From contig NZ_CP042905.2 of NCBI RefSeq assembly GCF_008000775.2, forward strand, positions 2,370,001 to 2,402,000: a DNA stretch of 32,000 nucleotides. The letters are read 5' to 3'. The DNA is from Promethearchaeum syntrophicum. GTDB lineage: Archaea; Asgardarchaeota; Lokiarchaeia; Sigyniarchaeales; Promethearchaeaceae. Positions 8,904 to 18,755 of this stretch are shown here, piece by piece. The notes under the pieces were generated by a model. The model saw only the letters and a list, made by a program, of their open reading frames with translations. It did not search any database and was not told where the DNA came from. The first letter of the stretch is position 1, and each line of letters begins with the position of its first letter. The position numbers and the translations under genes are program-made.

Positions 8904-9842
8904 ATGGATCTATTCACACATTTACTAATTGGTGCGGTCATTTATTTCTCGGTTTTTGGTAAAATTATGACCGAATTTTTATTCATTGCATTACTTTTTG
9001 CTGTTTTACCAGACTTTGATATCATTTTGGCACCTCTTCGGCGTTGGATAAAATCAGATTACATGGAACACAGGGGAGGATCACATTCCTATCTAATTGG
9101 GATGTTGGTCTCTTCGTTAGTTAATGTAATCTATGCGCCTATTACTGGAAAAAATTTTATATTAGGATGGTTAATAGGTAGCATTTTCTATGCACTTCAT
9201 ATTTCATTGGATCTCCTCACAACTACAAAAATCCCTGTTTTTTATCCAATATCAAAGAAAGAACTAAGTTTCTATTCCGAAAAAGCAGGAAGTCTTTTTA
9301 CAATGATTGTTTCAATTGGTTTCTTTGCGATTCTCATTCCAATTTACAGAGCAGGGAATTTTCAATTATTCCGATATGTGTCTTATGGGATCACACTTTT
9401 CTTCGTAGTATATTATCTCTATCGAATTTTGCTTAAACTCAAAATATCAAAGAAATTAAATTTCAAACAGAAATATTTGCCCGGTTTTCTACCGATTTAC
9501 TATTTGATCTATGAATATAATATAACTGACAATCAAATCATGGTTAAATTGAATAAGAATTCCTTATTAACCAAAGCTCAACCTATTGTTGAATTTGAAA
9601 CAGCTTTTTCAGGAAATGAACTTAATTTGTATCAAAAAGCACTCCAGATGTGCAATGAAGATTATTATCGAAACAAGTGGACCAAATTTCCTATTATAAG
9701 TCGGGAGAATCATCATTTCTCCATCAAATTTTTCTTTCTTGAAACCATGATGAACGGAAAGACTATGAGCTTACTTTATAATTATGATATCAACAATGAA
9801 CTTTATGAAAAATCAATTCAGAGTTATGGGAAAATAGGATAA
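8904..9842 (+). CDS. YdjM/DUF457-like membrane-bound metal-dependent hydrolase family protein
   Basis: MDLFTHLLIGAVIYF...LFAVLPDFDIIL...HRGGSHSYLIGM...ISLDLLTTT, with the conserved TH, PD, HRGxxHS and HxxLD pattern. Confidence 0.8.
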   Translation: MDLFTHLLIGAVIYFSVFGKIMTEFLFIALLFAVLPDFDIILAPLRRWIKSDYMEHRGGSHSYLIGMLVSSLVNVIYAPITGKNFILGWLIGSIFYALHISLDLLTTTKIPVFYPISKKELSFYSEKAGSLFTMIVSIGFFAILIPIYRAGNFQLFRYVSYGITLFFVVYYLYRILLKLKISKKLNFKQKYLPGFLPIYYLIYEYNITDNQIMVKLNKNSLLTKAQPIVEFETAFSGNELNLYQKALQMCNEDYYRNKWTKFPIISRENHHFSIKFFFLETMMNGKTMSLLYNYDINNELYEKSIQSYGKIG

Positions 9843-9880
9843 GAAAAAAAGGAGAATTATAGATAGAATTTTTTTTTATT

Positions 9881-10558
9881 TTAACTACTTGTTACTATTG
9901 GAATTGCATCAAGTAGTAATTCTGCTTCTCCGTGGAGTTCTAACAATTCTTTACGATGTTTGGATTTTCGAATTACTTTCTTTAGCAACTTTACTGCATC
10001 AGTATATTCGAAATCACGAAAATCTTTTCTCGCTTGTAGAAATTCCTCTGTGAGTTTTTTAAAGGTGCGCATTTTTAACACATCGGCTGAGACCTTGGTT
10101 GTTTTTCCTTTATAACAGATTGTAACTATGTTATTTTTAATAATTGGAGGTATTACAGGAAATTGACTAACAATTAAGGAAATAAAATGCCTTTTATAAT
10201 CTCGTTTGATTTCTCCCGTATCTCCAATATCTTTTTCTTTTTTTATTTTTTTAATAATAAGATCAATTGTGGATGTCATTATAATTGATCCCAGTAAACT
10301 GACTATAATTGCTACAAAAACATTTGAAATTTGGGATGTAATCAATATTAAGATAATTGCTTCTACTACATAAATTCCTACTTTTAGTAAAACTTGTTTT
10401 TGGTTTACCTTTTTTTGTTTAGCAATAAATTCTTCCAAATTCTGAATTGCCTCGATATTTAATTCTTGAATTTGATCAAGACGTGCTTTTTCTTCTGGAC
10501 TTAATTCCACAAGTTCAAGATTTTCATCAATATCTTTTTTATTCCTATTTGAATTCAT
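9881..10558 (-). CDS. Membrane protein: N-terminal coiled coil, TM hairpin, C-terminal helical cytosolic segment
   Basis: 225-aa ORF; start overlaps the stop of the upstream gene by 4 nt (10555..10558). Confidence 0.65.
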   Translation of the reverse strand: MNSNRNKKDIDENLELVELSPEEKARLDQIQELNIEAIQNLEEFIAKQKKVNQKQVLLKVGIYVVEAIILILITSQISNVFVAIIVSLLGSIIMTSTIDLIIKKIKKEKDIGDTGEIKRDYKRHFISLIVSQFPVIPPIIKNNIVTICYKGKTTKVSADVLKMRTFKKLTEEFLQARKDFRDFEYTDAVKLLKKVIRKSKHRKELLELHGEAELLLDAIPIVTSS

Positions 10559-13425
10559 TTTAAATCCTCCTTCTCCTTATTAATTTCCTCTATTGGGGAA
10601 ATAAATTCTTCTTTTGTAATTTTTGCTTCTTCAGATAAATTTTCAAATTCAGCTTTATGAGCTTCTTGAGATATTTCATCCAAAGTTGAAATACATTTGT
10701 TTGTATCCCCTGTCCGATATAAACTGAAGGATGTTAAATATCCTAATGATAAAGAATAAAAACTATTCAGTATGATTAGCTCTGCTTCATCTCTAAATTT
10801 CAAGTATTTATCTACAACATTTAAGAGCATATCTCTCAAATTCTTCGGGAGATAATTCCAGAGTTTATCTAAAATGGTAACAACCCTTTGCCAATTAATC
10901 TGAGTGGAAATTGGAACTGTTTCTTCTAAAGTTATTGGTTCTTCTGATTTCTGTAAATCTCCGTCAGCTTCTTTATTAACATCACCTTTTCTATCACTTT
11001 TAACATCTGATTTTGTTTTCTTACCCAGTTTATCTCGTGTTTCTTTTAAAAATTCGACAATTTTATCAGAAGGTATAAAATTACTAGCAACAGCTCCCAA
11101 GGCAGTTCCGATAAATCCGCCTAATACAATAATCGGTGTAAAGAAAGGATTTGGTTCTTCTTCAGGGGGAATTTGAACAGTAACACTGATAATATCTGAT
11201 GGTTCACTAGATCCTGATGCATTATTTGCAACGATTACAAAATAATACGTTCCATTACTGAGACCAGTAACATTATAATAAGTCGTTTCTACAGTGTCTA
11301 ATAGATTCATTCCCTCTACAGATGAAATTGGAGTATTTTTATTTGTCATTTTTCCACTGGATTGAGGATTAGTGGAAGAATAATAAATACTATAATTTAC
11401 GGCTCCCTCAACAGCGAACCAGCTTAAGAGAAAATTACCATCATCATCTGTGGCATTAATTGGATCAATGATCGGAGTTAGAGGAGTGAAATTTTGTGGT
11501 AAAATTCTAACCTCAGTCCAAACACAATTAGAAGCATTACTTTCTACTGAGTTATTATATGCAGTTACAACGTAAAAATAAGTCCCGTTTGATAAACCAG
11601 AAATGTTATAACTAAAGTTTGGAGCAGTATCAAAAATTGATAGACGATCGATATTTGTTATAAAAGTGGATGAACTGTAAATATTGTATCCCGTCGCATT
11701 TTCTATTGAATCCCAATTTAGAGTAATATTGCCATCAGAATCAGTACTCTCTAAAGCTTGTAAGACAGGTGTTTGTAAAATTAAAGATGGTGAAGGATTC
11801 AGAGCTTCATCATATATTTCTTGCCAATAATCAAAAGTTAATGGTAAATAATCAGAAGCATTCCCGAAACTACTGGTGCCATTGTAAATCCGATCATATG
11901 GTGTATCATATATGCCATTAGTTGCAATCGCTCCTGGATAGTAAACTGAATAATTATTCCAATAATTACCGTAATCAGTGAAATTCCAATTATTCAAGTC
12001 TTGATTTGCATCATATGATATGTTATATAGAAAATTGCCATAAATCGAATTGAGCTCAGAATTTGAAATGTAAAAATCATATCCATCTGTGTTATTTACA
12101 ATATTCCAAGTGAAGATATTATTGTCCGCTGAACTTAAGTAAAATGACGATTTCCAATCGTTAAGACCTCCACAATAATTTAATAAATTCAATGAGATAT
12201 TTGCATAATCACACCATTGCATGTCAAATCCTTGATCACAATACTCGATTATATTTTCATAAATATTTATTAGATCTGTAAACGAAACAGATATTCCTGA
12301 GCTTGAAGAATTTGTAATAGTGTTATTGAAAATGTTTGTATCAACTGCATATCTACATCTTATACCTACATTGTTTAAGATAATTTCATTTTCGAAAATT
12401 GAAAGGTTCAAACAATCATCATTAAAAATTCCTGAATTATCATTATCTATTACAATATTTTCTCTTATAATTGAATGATTCGAATTTTCCAGCGCTATTC
12501 CATCATCAAGGTTTTTTGATACGTTATTATTTTTTAAATCTAAGAAAACAGAATCTTTCATAAAAATTGCATGAGGAGCACCATCAAAATCATAAGAATA
12601 ACTTAAACCATTATTTGAGATGAAATTTGATTCAAATGAAGAATTTTCAATATTTTTTCCATAAATTCCACGCATCCAATTACTTGATAAGTTATTATCA
12701 AAAACTGTTATATAATTAGATTCACTAGCATATAATCCAGTTCCAGTACTCATTTCACTCATTGCTTTATTTTCAGTCATATTATTCCCAGTAAAAATTG
12801 AATTATTTACATTTTTTAACTCAATTCCCGAGAAGAAATTTGTTGAAAAATGGGAATTAGAAATGTTGATAAAATCTGAATTTGTTATGGAAATACCTGA
12901 TCCTTCTCCTGTTATCCATGATTCTTCCATTCGTCCATTATAAGAACAATTTGAATTTGAAATTATAATATTGGAGACATTTTCCATGAAAATACCGTCT
13001 AATTCTGAATGATGAAATGAACAATTATTAATTTTAAAATTTTCTACAGAAGAAAGATTTAAATTTGTTATATTATAGCCCATTCCCAAATCCGCTCCAA
13101 AAATTTCCGTATTATTAAGTATTGCGAATTTTGTTGTATTTTGAATTAAAAGTCCACATTCATTTAATGAAGCATTTATTGGATCATAATATAACACATA
13201 TGGATCGTTTAGTGTGCCTGATCCTCCTCCCATAGTAGCAGCCGCAGCAGCTAATTCAGAATTCCCTACAATTTGGTGAATTGCTGAGGATTTTGGAGAA
13301 GGTTCATTTTCAATATTTAAATCTTGAAAATTGTTAGAATTAATTGATGAGAAGAAAGTTAAAACTATAATAAGAATTCCTAAAACCAAGTACAGATTCC
13401 TATTTTGTATCTTAATTTTTTTCAT
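10555..13425 (-). CDS. Cell-surface right-handed beta-helix (NosD-like) protein with two fibronectin-III-like domains, one TM and a long charged cytosolic tail
   Basis: N-terminal signal anchor; many NxxxNNxxxxI/N-IxxNxIxxN beta-helix coils; two homologous FN3-like blocks (ITLNWDSIENATGYNIYSS...LSNGTYFYVVTAYN and FLLSWFAVEGAVNYSIYYSS...LSNGTYYFVIVANN); TM FFTPIIVLGGFIGTALGAVA. Confidence 0.8.
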   Translation of the reverse strand: MKKIKIQNRNLYLVLGILIIVLTFFSSINSNNFQDLNIENEPSPKSSAIHQIVGNSELAAAAATMGGGSGTLNDPYVLYYDPINASLNECGLLIQNTTKFAILNNTEIFGADLGMGYNITNLNLSSVENFKINNCSFHHSELDGIFMENVSNIIISNSNCSYNGRMEESWITGEGSGISITNSDFINISNSHFSTNFFSGIELKNVNNSIFTGNNMTENKAMSEMSTGTGLYASESNYITVFDNNLSSNWMRGIYGKNIENSSFESNFISNNGLSYSYDFDGAPHAIFMKDSVFLDLKNNNVSKNLDDGIALENSNHSIIRENIVIDNDNSGIFNDDCLNLSIFENEIILNNVGIRCRYAVDTNIFNNTITNSSSSGISVSFTDLINIYENIIEYCDQGFDMQWCDYANISLNLLNYCGGLNDWKSSFYLSSADNNIFTWNIVNNTDGYDFYISNSELNSIYGNFLYNISYDANQDLNNWNFTDYGNYWNNYSVYYPGAIATNGIYDTPYDRIYNGTSSFGNASDYLPLTFDYWQEIYDEALNPSPSLILQTPVLQALESTDSDGNITLNWDSIENATGYNIYSSSTFITNIDRLSIFDTAPNFSYNISGLSNGTYFYVVTAYNNSVESNASNCVWTEVRILPQNFTPLTPIIDPINATDDDGNFLLSWFAVEGAVNYSIYYSSTNPQSSGKMTNKNTPISSVEGMNLLDTVETTYYNVTGLSNGTYYFVIVANNASGSSEPSDIISVTVQIPPEEEPNPFFTPIIVLGGFIGTALGAVASNFIPSDKIVEFLKETRDKLGKKTKSDVKSDRKGDVNKEADGDLQKSEEPITLEETVPISTQINWQRVVTILDKLWNYLPKNLRDMLLNVVDKYLKFRDEAELIILNSFYSLSLGYLTSFSLYRTGDTNKCISTLDEISQEAHKAEFENLSEEAKITKEEFISPIEEINKEKEDLK

Positions 13426-13502
13426 AGAATTAATTTCGATTTTCGCTATATATATCCTTCGGTGATGGGATGATGAAAGGAATATAAAAAAAAAACAAGA
13501 TT

Positions 13503-14405
13503 TTAATGATTAAAATTAAGTACTTTGGGCCTGGTTTTCAAGGTGGGATAAATTATACCTGGCAGAGGAGGCATACTATTATATACCTCATCAATTTCGA
13601 TAATTCCACACTTTACATTTCCAAATTTCTGTGTTCCGATAAAAGTTCCTTGGACAACTAAATTTATTAATTCGATTTCATCGGCAATCACTGCAAAAGT
13701 TGACACGTGGGCTCCAATCTTCAATTTTTCTAAATCTTCTTTAAAATGTGAATAAGTAAAAATTAATTTGCTTCTATCTGGTGCTCTTAATTGAAAGCAT
13801 GGAATAATTATAGGGTATCCATCATCAGGATCAATAATGCTGATAAATTTAGGATTAAAAGGATTGTTATATAAATCATATCCAAGTCGATGAAGTTTAT
13901 CTTCAGAGTTTGAATCATTGGCTTTACGTTTGGCAAAAAGATCTAAAATTAAACCCTTTGCGATTGGTAAAATTTTAAGATCCATTACTGGAGTGACACT
14001 TTCAACAGAATTATAGTAAGCTTTCTCCACATTCATATAAGTATTATAACGTAACATTTGTCCTCTTGAAAAATATTCGCAATCTTCTCCTCCTGTCATT
14101 CGATGAGTATAGATCATTTTTGCTTGAAGAAATTTATAAGGCATAACAGCATTCATGTAAAATGCGCCTTGCTTTGGGTTTTGTAATACATTACGTTTAC
14201 TTGTTCCTTTTGTAAATTCTCCCCATACTACTTGGTCGGGTGTTTTCGCTCTATTAAAAGAAATCATTGTAATATGAGGCCACCCCCGAGGATCAATAGT
14301 AGCGAGTAATTTTAACCCCACTTCCATTTCTGACAGTTCTATTCCTTCTTTAGAGAATTTTGAATTCCACACTTTTGCTTTTTTACTCATTTTCATCTTT
14401 TCCAT
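13503..14405 (-). CDS. Pyridoxamine 5'-phosphate oxidase-like (flavin split-barrel) protein
   Basis: KLLATIDPRGWPHITMISF...VVWGEFTKGTSKRNVLQNPKQGAFYM resembles the PNPOx-like N-terminal barrel; exact family not certain. Confidence 0.6.
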   Translation of the reverse strand: MEKMKMSKKAKVWNSKFSKEGIELSEMEVGLKLLATIDPRGWPHITMISFNRAKTPDQVVWGEFTKGTSKRNVLQNPKQGAFYMNAVMPYKFLQAKMIYTHRMTGGEDCEYFSRGQMLRYNTYMNVEKAYYNSVESVTPVMDLKILPIAKGLILDLFAKRKANDSNSEDKLHRLGYDLYNNPFNPKFISIIDPDDGYPIIIPCFQLRAPDRSKLIFTYSHFKEDLEKLKIGAHVSTFAVIADEIELINLVVQGTFIGTQKFGNVKCGIIEIDEVYNSMPPLPGIIYPTLKTRPKVLNFNH

Positions 14406-14448
14406 ATTTATATTTTTTCCTCATATATTGAACATAAAAAAAAATCCT

Positions 14449-15417
14449 TTATTTTCGAGTTAGACCTGTCCAACTAACATTTTTTACACCAGTTGATTCG
14501 GCAATTTGGAGAAATATCTCCATTTCTTTGGAGGTAAATAATTCAAGATTCTCACAAGGGTAAGGTAGATCCATTCGATGATATTTATCCTTCGCTAAAT
14601 TATTAAATGCTAAGAGATCCCATCGGTCAATTTTGTTTTCCAATTTTTCAAAAATAAACCTTCCAATTTCATGAATATTCTCATTTGATGCAGTGAATTC
14701 AGGAATAATCGGTGTTCTTACCCACATTTTTTTATTTGTTCTTTCAATTTTATTCAAGATCCAAAGTGCATTTTCCAAAATAATTTCATTAGATTGTCCC
14801 GTAAATTCCTTATGTTTAGAAGGGTCCATCTCCTTAAGATCATACAAAATTAGATCAACATAAGGGATAATTTTTTCAAGATTTTTCTTTGAAACAAATC
14901 CACAAGTATCTAATGCGGTGTGAAATCCTTTTTCTTTACATTTTTGAAGAAATTTCGAAACAAATTCTGCTTGAAGGGCAGATTCTCCCCCAGAAACTGT
15001 AATTCCTCCGTCTTTTGAGTTTAAATAATATGCAGCATCCTTTTCTACAATTCTAAGTAAATCATCTAAAGAAATTTCTTTACCTAATTTTCTAAGAGCA
15101 GTAGTTGGACAATTTTCAACGCACAATCCACATTGTGAACATAATTGGCGATTAATACTTATCCCATCATCTTTCAATTGAATTGCGGTATCAGGGCATA
15201 TTTTAACACATGTTCCACATCCAATACACCGAATAGAAAACCATTGTATTGAAGGTTCTGGAAAAAAGGATTCTGGATTATGACACCAAGCACATTTCAA
15301 ATTGCATTTTTTAAAAAAAACTGTAGTACGTAAACCTGGGCCATCTTCAGTTGACATCCTTTGAATTTCAAAAATATTTCCAGAGATAGATTTTGCCATT
15401 TTTAGAATTCTCTCCAA
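14449..15417 (-). CDS. Glycyl radical enzyme-activating enzyme (radical SAM with two-cluster ferredoxin insert); true start is probably the internal Met of MAKSISG
   Basis: TVFFKKCNLKCAWCHNPES (CxxxCxxC); CIGCGTCVKICP and CSQCGLCVENCP ferredoxin motifs; GGITVSGGE... type motif (DGGITVSGGESALQ); adjacent to a GRE gene. Confidence 0.93.
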   Translation of the reverse strand: MERILKMAKSISGNIFEIQRMSTEDGPGLRTTVFFKKCNLKCAWCHNPESFFPEPSIQWFSIRCIGCGTCVKICPDTAIQLKDDGISINRQLCSQCGLCVENCPTTALRKLGKEISLDDLLRIVEKDAAYYLNSKDGGITVSGGESALQAEFVSKFLQKCKEKGFHTALDTCGFVSKKNLEKIIPYVDLILYDLKEMDPSKHKEFTGQSNEIILENALWILNKIERTNKKMWVRTPIIPEFTASNENIHEIGRFIFEKLENKIDRWDLLAFNNLAKDKYHRMDLPYPCENLELFTSKEMEIFLQIAESTGVKNVSWTGLTRK

Positions 15418-15442
15418 TCATTATCTATTAATAGTTTAATTT

Positions 15443-17959
15443 TTACATATTGTGCATTTCTCGTGCAATAATTTCATCTTGGAGTTCTTTTCCTATAGAT
15501 ACAAAATATGCATTATATCCCGTTATCCTAACCAATAGATTGTGGTATCCGTCGGGATTAACTTGAGCATCTTTAAGCATATTTGCATCTAATATGTTGA
15601 TTTGTAAAGCTGTGCCTCCGTTCTCTATATATCCCTTCAAATATGATTTAAATTTCTCTTTTAGTTCTGGATTACGTAGCAATGAAGGATTAAATGTCAA
15701 TGTATGGCTAGCGCCATTAGGTAAAAAGTTAATATAATCTCCATTTTCATCCTTACCTCCTAAAACGGTACCAACAGAATTCGTTACTGCAGTAGGTCCT
15801 TGAATATCTGCTCCGTTCGTTGGTGAAATCGCATTAGAAAGGAATTGTCCTCCTATTCTTCCATCTGGTGTTGCTGGTGTAAAACCTGCATCCTCTCCAG
15901 CCCAGTAATTCCATGATAACATTCCTGGTCTATAGGTAAAATCTGTAGGTGTTTTATATTTGAAGCATTCTTGAGACCATATTTCCATTACTTTTTGTGC
16001 AAGTTCATCTGCTTCATCATTATCATTTCCATATTTCGGAGCTCGATTTTTTATGAGTGAATGCATAATTTTCCATTCTTTTTTACCCTTGAAATCATTT
16101 TCCATAGCTTCTTTTAATTCAGCAATTGTGAATTTTTTCTCGTCATATACAAACTTCTTTATTGCGAGTAACGAATCGACTAGAGTCGCGAAACCAACCC
16201 CTTCAATCGTGATAAATCGAATTTCAGGACCCCCATTTCTGACATCCAAGCCTGAGTTGATACATCCCTTTACCATTGAGGATAAATATGGTGTTGGTAA
16301 CCATCTGGCACGGAATTCTTCAGAAATATTATACGTATCAACAGTATACTTAATTTGATATCTTATCTGCCTAACCCAAGCATTCCAAAATTCTTCCCAA
16401 GTTTTAAAATCTTCTGCTAATCCCGTTTTAAGACCCATAAGTATAGGTTTTTTCTCTTTTGGATGGAGCATTATTACATTTTGATTTTGATTTGCGCTTT
16501 TACCATTATTCAATGTCAACAATATACTCTTAACCAAGTTAGGATTGCAATTTACCGTTCCGCTGCGATCATTTCCTTGCATTGTATTTTCCAAACATCC
16601 AACACATGCATAATCCCAAGCTTTTTCTTTTGGAATTCCTTGCCTCATCATTCCCGCTATAGATCTCTCATCAAAATTTAGAATAAAAGGAGCACCTTGA
16701 GATTTCGTTATCATATTTACTATAATGTCTAGTAATTTATCTGGAGAATTTCTGTGTAAGCGAACATTTGGTTTAGGTTCAAGAATTGGACTCCATTCAT
16801 CAATTACCTCAAGAATGGTGTAAGTTAAATCGTTTGTAAGATCTTCTCCATTAGAACCACATCCAGATAAGGTCATAAGTTGTCCAAAACCTGCTGTGAT
16901 TCCTTGGTTTCCAATGCGCATTTGAGCATCATAGGCAGTATTACAGTGAAACCAAAAGGATCCAAGAATTTCTTTAGCAAAATTTTTAGTAATGTTCTTT
17001 TCATCGATTACATCTTTTTTATATAGATCCCATAAATGTTGATCAGTTCTTCCAAATGATAGCCCTGGTCCTGGATAACTTTCTTCTGCCATTACAAGCA
17101 TATGGATTAACCAAAGAGATTGAACACCTTGCCAAAATGTTTGAGCTGGCTCCCAAGGTACAATTTCAAGGTTATTTGCCATTTGCTCAAGTTCAAGTTT
17201 TCTAGTGTCGTCATTCACCTCAGCTGCCAACCTTCTACATTCTTCGGCATATTTTTGGGCTAATTTTCGTGGAATTTCTGAAGCTTGAATAATAGCTCTT
17301 ATTTCGTTGCCTATTGGGCTTTTTTTTTCTTTCAAACTAAGTTGATTATATCTTTCTTTAGCATCATTAAAAACCGATTTAAAACCATTATTAATTATAA
17401 AATCGTAATCCGGAATGATATGTCCAGCAGTTGCACCTACATTCCCGAAACCATGATTATGATATTTAAAAGTACTATGTCTGACGTTTAAATTTAGTTT
17501 ATCAAATATTTTTTGCTCTTTTTCATTTAAACATTTACTTAGTTGTGTATTGAATCGCCCCCCCGCTAAGAGTTCAGGTCCAATTATCTCTTGAGGAATT
17601 TTATTTAACATGACTTTTTCCAAAAATATTATTCGTCTCTCTGGGAGTGATTTAGACCAGAAATCTTTAGGCAATTCCACTTCTTCAGCCATTAATGCTA
17701 AAGAAGAACCGAAAATACCACGTGTTTTATTTCCAAGATAAAAATAAATTTCAGGAACAATATAATAATCAGTTTCTGCAAAGGGTCTATCATCTAAGAG
17801 TCCGGTTGTAAAAGGCATATATTCATTATTCCATTCACGCTTCACTCCTAAAAAGTAATAGTCTCTTAGCCATTTATTACGTGGAGATAAATCATGTGGT
17901 TCAGCAATTCGATATTTTTGCTGTTCACCTAACGAATCCTCTTTTTCTGTAGTTACCAT
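15443..17959 (-). CDS. Glycyl radical enzyme (non-PFL GRE family, substrate unassigned)
   Basis: C-terminal glycyl radical motif LLVRITGYNAYFVSIGKELQDEIIAR; active-site-like DYACVGCLENTMQGNDRSG; 838 aa; next to its activase. Confidence 0.93.
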   Translation of the reverse strand: MVTTEKEDSLGEQQKYRIAEPHDLSPRNKWLRDYYFLGVKREWNNEYMPFTTGLLDDRPFAETDYYIVPEIYFYLGNKTRGIFGSSLALMAEEVELPKDFWSKSLPERRIIFLEKVMLNKIPQEIIGPELLAGGRFNTQLSKCLNEKEQKIFDKLNLNVRHSTFKYHNHGFGNVGATAGHIIPDYDFIINNGFKSVFNDAKERYNQLSLKEKKSPIGNEIRAIIQASEIPRKLAQKYAEECRRLAAEVNDDTRKLELEQMANNLEIVPWEPAQTFWQGVQSLWLIHMLVMAEESYPGPGLSFGRTDQHLWDLYKKDVIDEKNITKNFAKEILGSFWFHCNTAYDAQMRIGNQGITAGFGQLMTLSGCGSNGEDLTNDLTYTILEVIDEWSPILEPKPNVRLHRNSPDKLLDIIVNMITKSQGAPFILNFDERSIAGMMRQGIPKEKAWDYACVGCLENTMQGNDRSGTVNCNPNLVKSILLTLNNGKSANQNQNVIMLHPKEKKPILMGLKTGLAEDFKTWEEFWNAWVRQIRYQIKYTVDTYNISEEFRARWLPTPYLSSMVKGCINSGLDVRNGGPEIRFITIEGVGFATLVDSLLAIKKFVYDEKKFTIAELKEAMENDFKGKKEWKIMHSLIKNRAPKYGNDNDEADELAQKVMEIWSQECFKYKTPTDFTYRPGMLSWNYWAGEDAGFTPATPDGRIGGQFLSNAISPTNGADIQGPTAVTNSVGTVLGGKDENGDYINFLPNGASHTLTFNPSLLRNPELKEKFKSYLKGYIENGGTALQINILDANMLKDAQVNPDGYHNLLVRITGYNAYFVSIGKELQDEIIAREMHNM

Positions 17960-18034
17960 TTTTCCTCATTTATGCTATTTTTTATAAATTGATTAATATA
18001 TTTCGCTTAACAATATATATGTTTGCTAATATTG

Positions 18035-18054
18035 ATGGAAACCATGGTTTCCAT
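18035..18054. promoter_or_regulatory. Perfect 20-bp palindrome, candidate TetR operator
   Basis: ATGGAAACCATGGTTTCCAT equals its own reverse complement; lies between the divergent GRE and TetR genes. Confidence 0.7.
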
Positions 18055-18096
18055 TATAATTTTTAATCAAATATTTCCAATTTTATATAAATGAAG

Positions 18097-18118
18097 GTTT
18101 AACACAAAAATGTTAAAC
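18097..18118. promoter_or_regulatory. Inverted repeat GTTTAACA-N6-TGTTAAAC just upstream of the TetR gene, candidate second operator
   Basis: 8-bp perfect arms around CAAAAA; lies about 27 nt downstream of a TATA-like TTTTATATAA. Confidence 0.55.
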
Positions 18119-18182
18119 TAGGAACTACTTGAATAAATTTTCAATATTTTTTATTAATTCTTTGGACAATATTATATTAATA

Positions 18183-18755
18183 ATGGATGTATCCGACCAA
18201 AATTTTGAAAAAAAACAAGAAATCGCTAATAAATTTATGGAATTTTTCTTAAAGCATGGGATGGTTAAAACTATTGTTAACGATGTTTCTAAAGAACTCC
18301 ATATGAGTAAAAAAACTATTTATAAGTATTTTAAAGGGGGAAAACAAGATTGCCTATATTTTATTTTTTCAAACATTGGTCACCAAGCCCGTATGATTAT
18401 TGAAAAAGATATAATGAATTTAAGCTCATCTTGGGAAAAAATCGAATATTTAATTCGCCAAATATATGAAGTTTCAGTTCCCTATGTCTTAGGTAATGCA
18501 GCTGAGAATGATGAAGACTATGTTGTTGAAAATCGAATAGTGGGAAATGCTTTTAAAGATGTTTTTCAAGATCTTTTTATTAAAAATATAAATCAAGGAA
18601 TTAATAAAAAGGAATTTTCAACCAGTAATGCAAACCAAACATTTAATTTTATCTATGGGGTAATTCTAGAGAGTATGATTATGATACATGATGATCCTGC
18701 TATAAATATTTTAGATCAAGTTATTAAAACAGTTAGAAAAATCCTTAAGAAATAA
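18183..18755 (+). CDS. TetR/AcrR-family transcriptional regulator (listed ORF begins at TTG 18129; ATG at 18183 is the likelier start)
   Basis: EIANKFMEFFLKHGMVKTIVNDVSKELHMSKKTIYKYFKGGKQDCLYFIF is a typical TetR HTH; divergent from the GRE gene. Confidence 0.85.
   Translation: MDVSDQNFEKKQEIANKFMEFFLKHGMVKTIVNDVSKELHMSKKTIYKYFKGGKQDCLYFIFSNIGHQARMIIEKDIMNLSSSWEKIEYLIRQIYEVSVPYVLGNAAENDEDYVVENRIVGNAFKDVFQDLFIKNINQGINKKEFSTSNANQTFNFIYGVILESMIMIHDDPAINILDQVIKTVRKILKK

Noticed and set aside
10904-11176. 90-aa ORF antisense to the beta-helix/FN3 gene
   Set aside because: Reads the reverse complement of the charged tail; Ser/Leu-rich shadow composition.
16053-17491. ORFs of 101, 72 and 68 aa on the plus strand (16053..16358, 16463..16681, 17285..17491)
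   Set aside because: They lie fully antisense inside the GRE gene, are low-complexity and resemble no family; treated as shadow ORFs.
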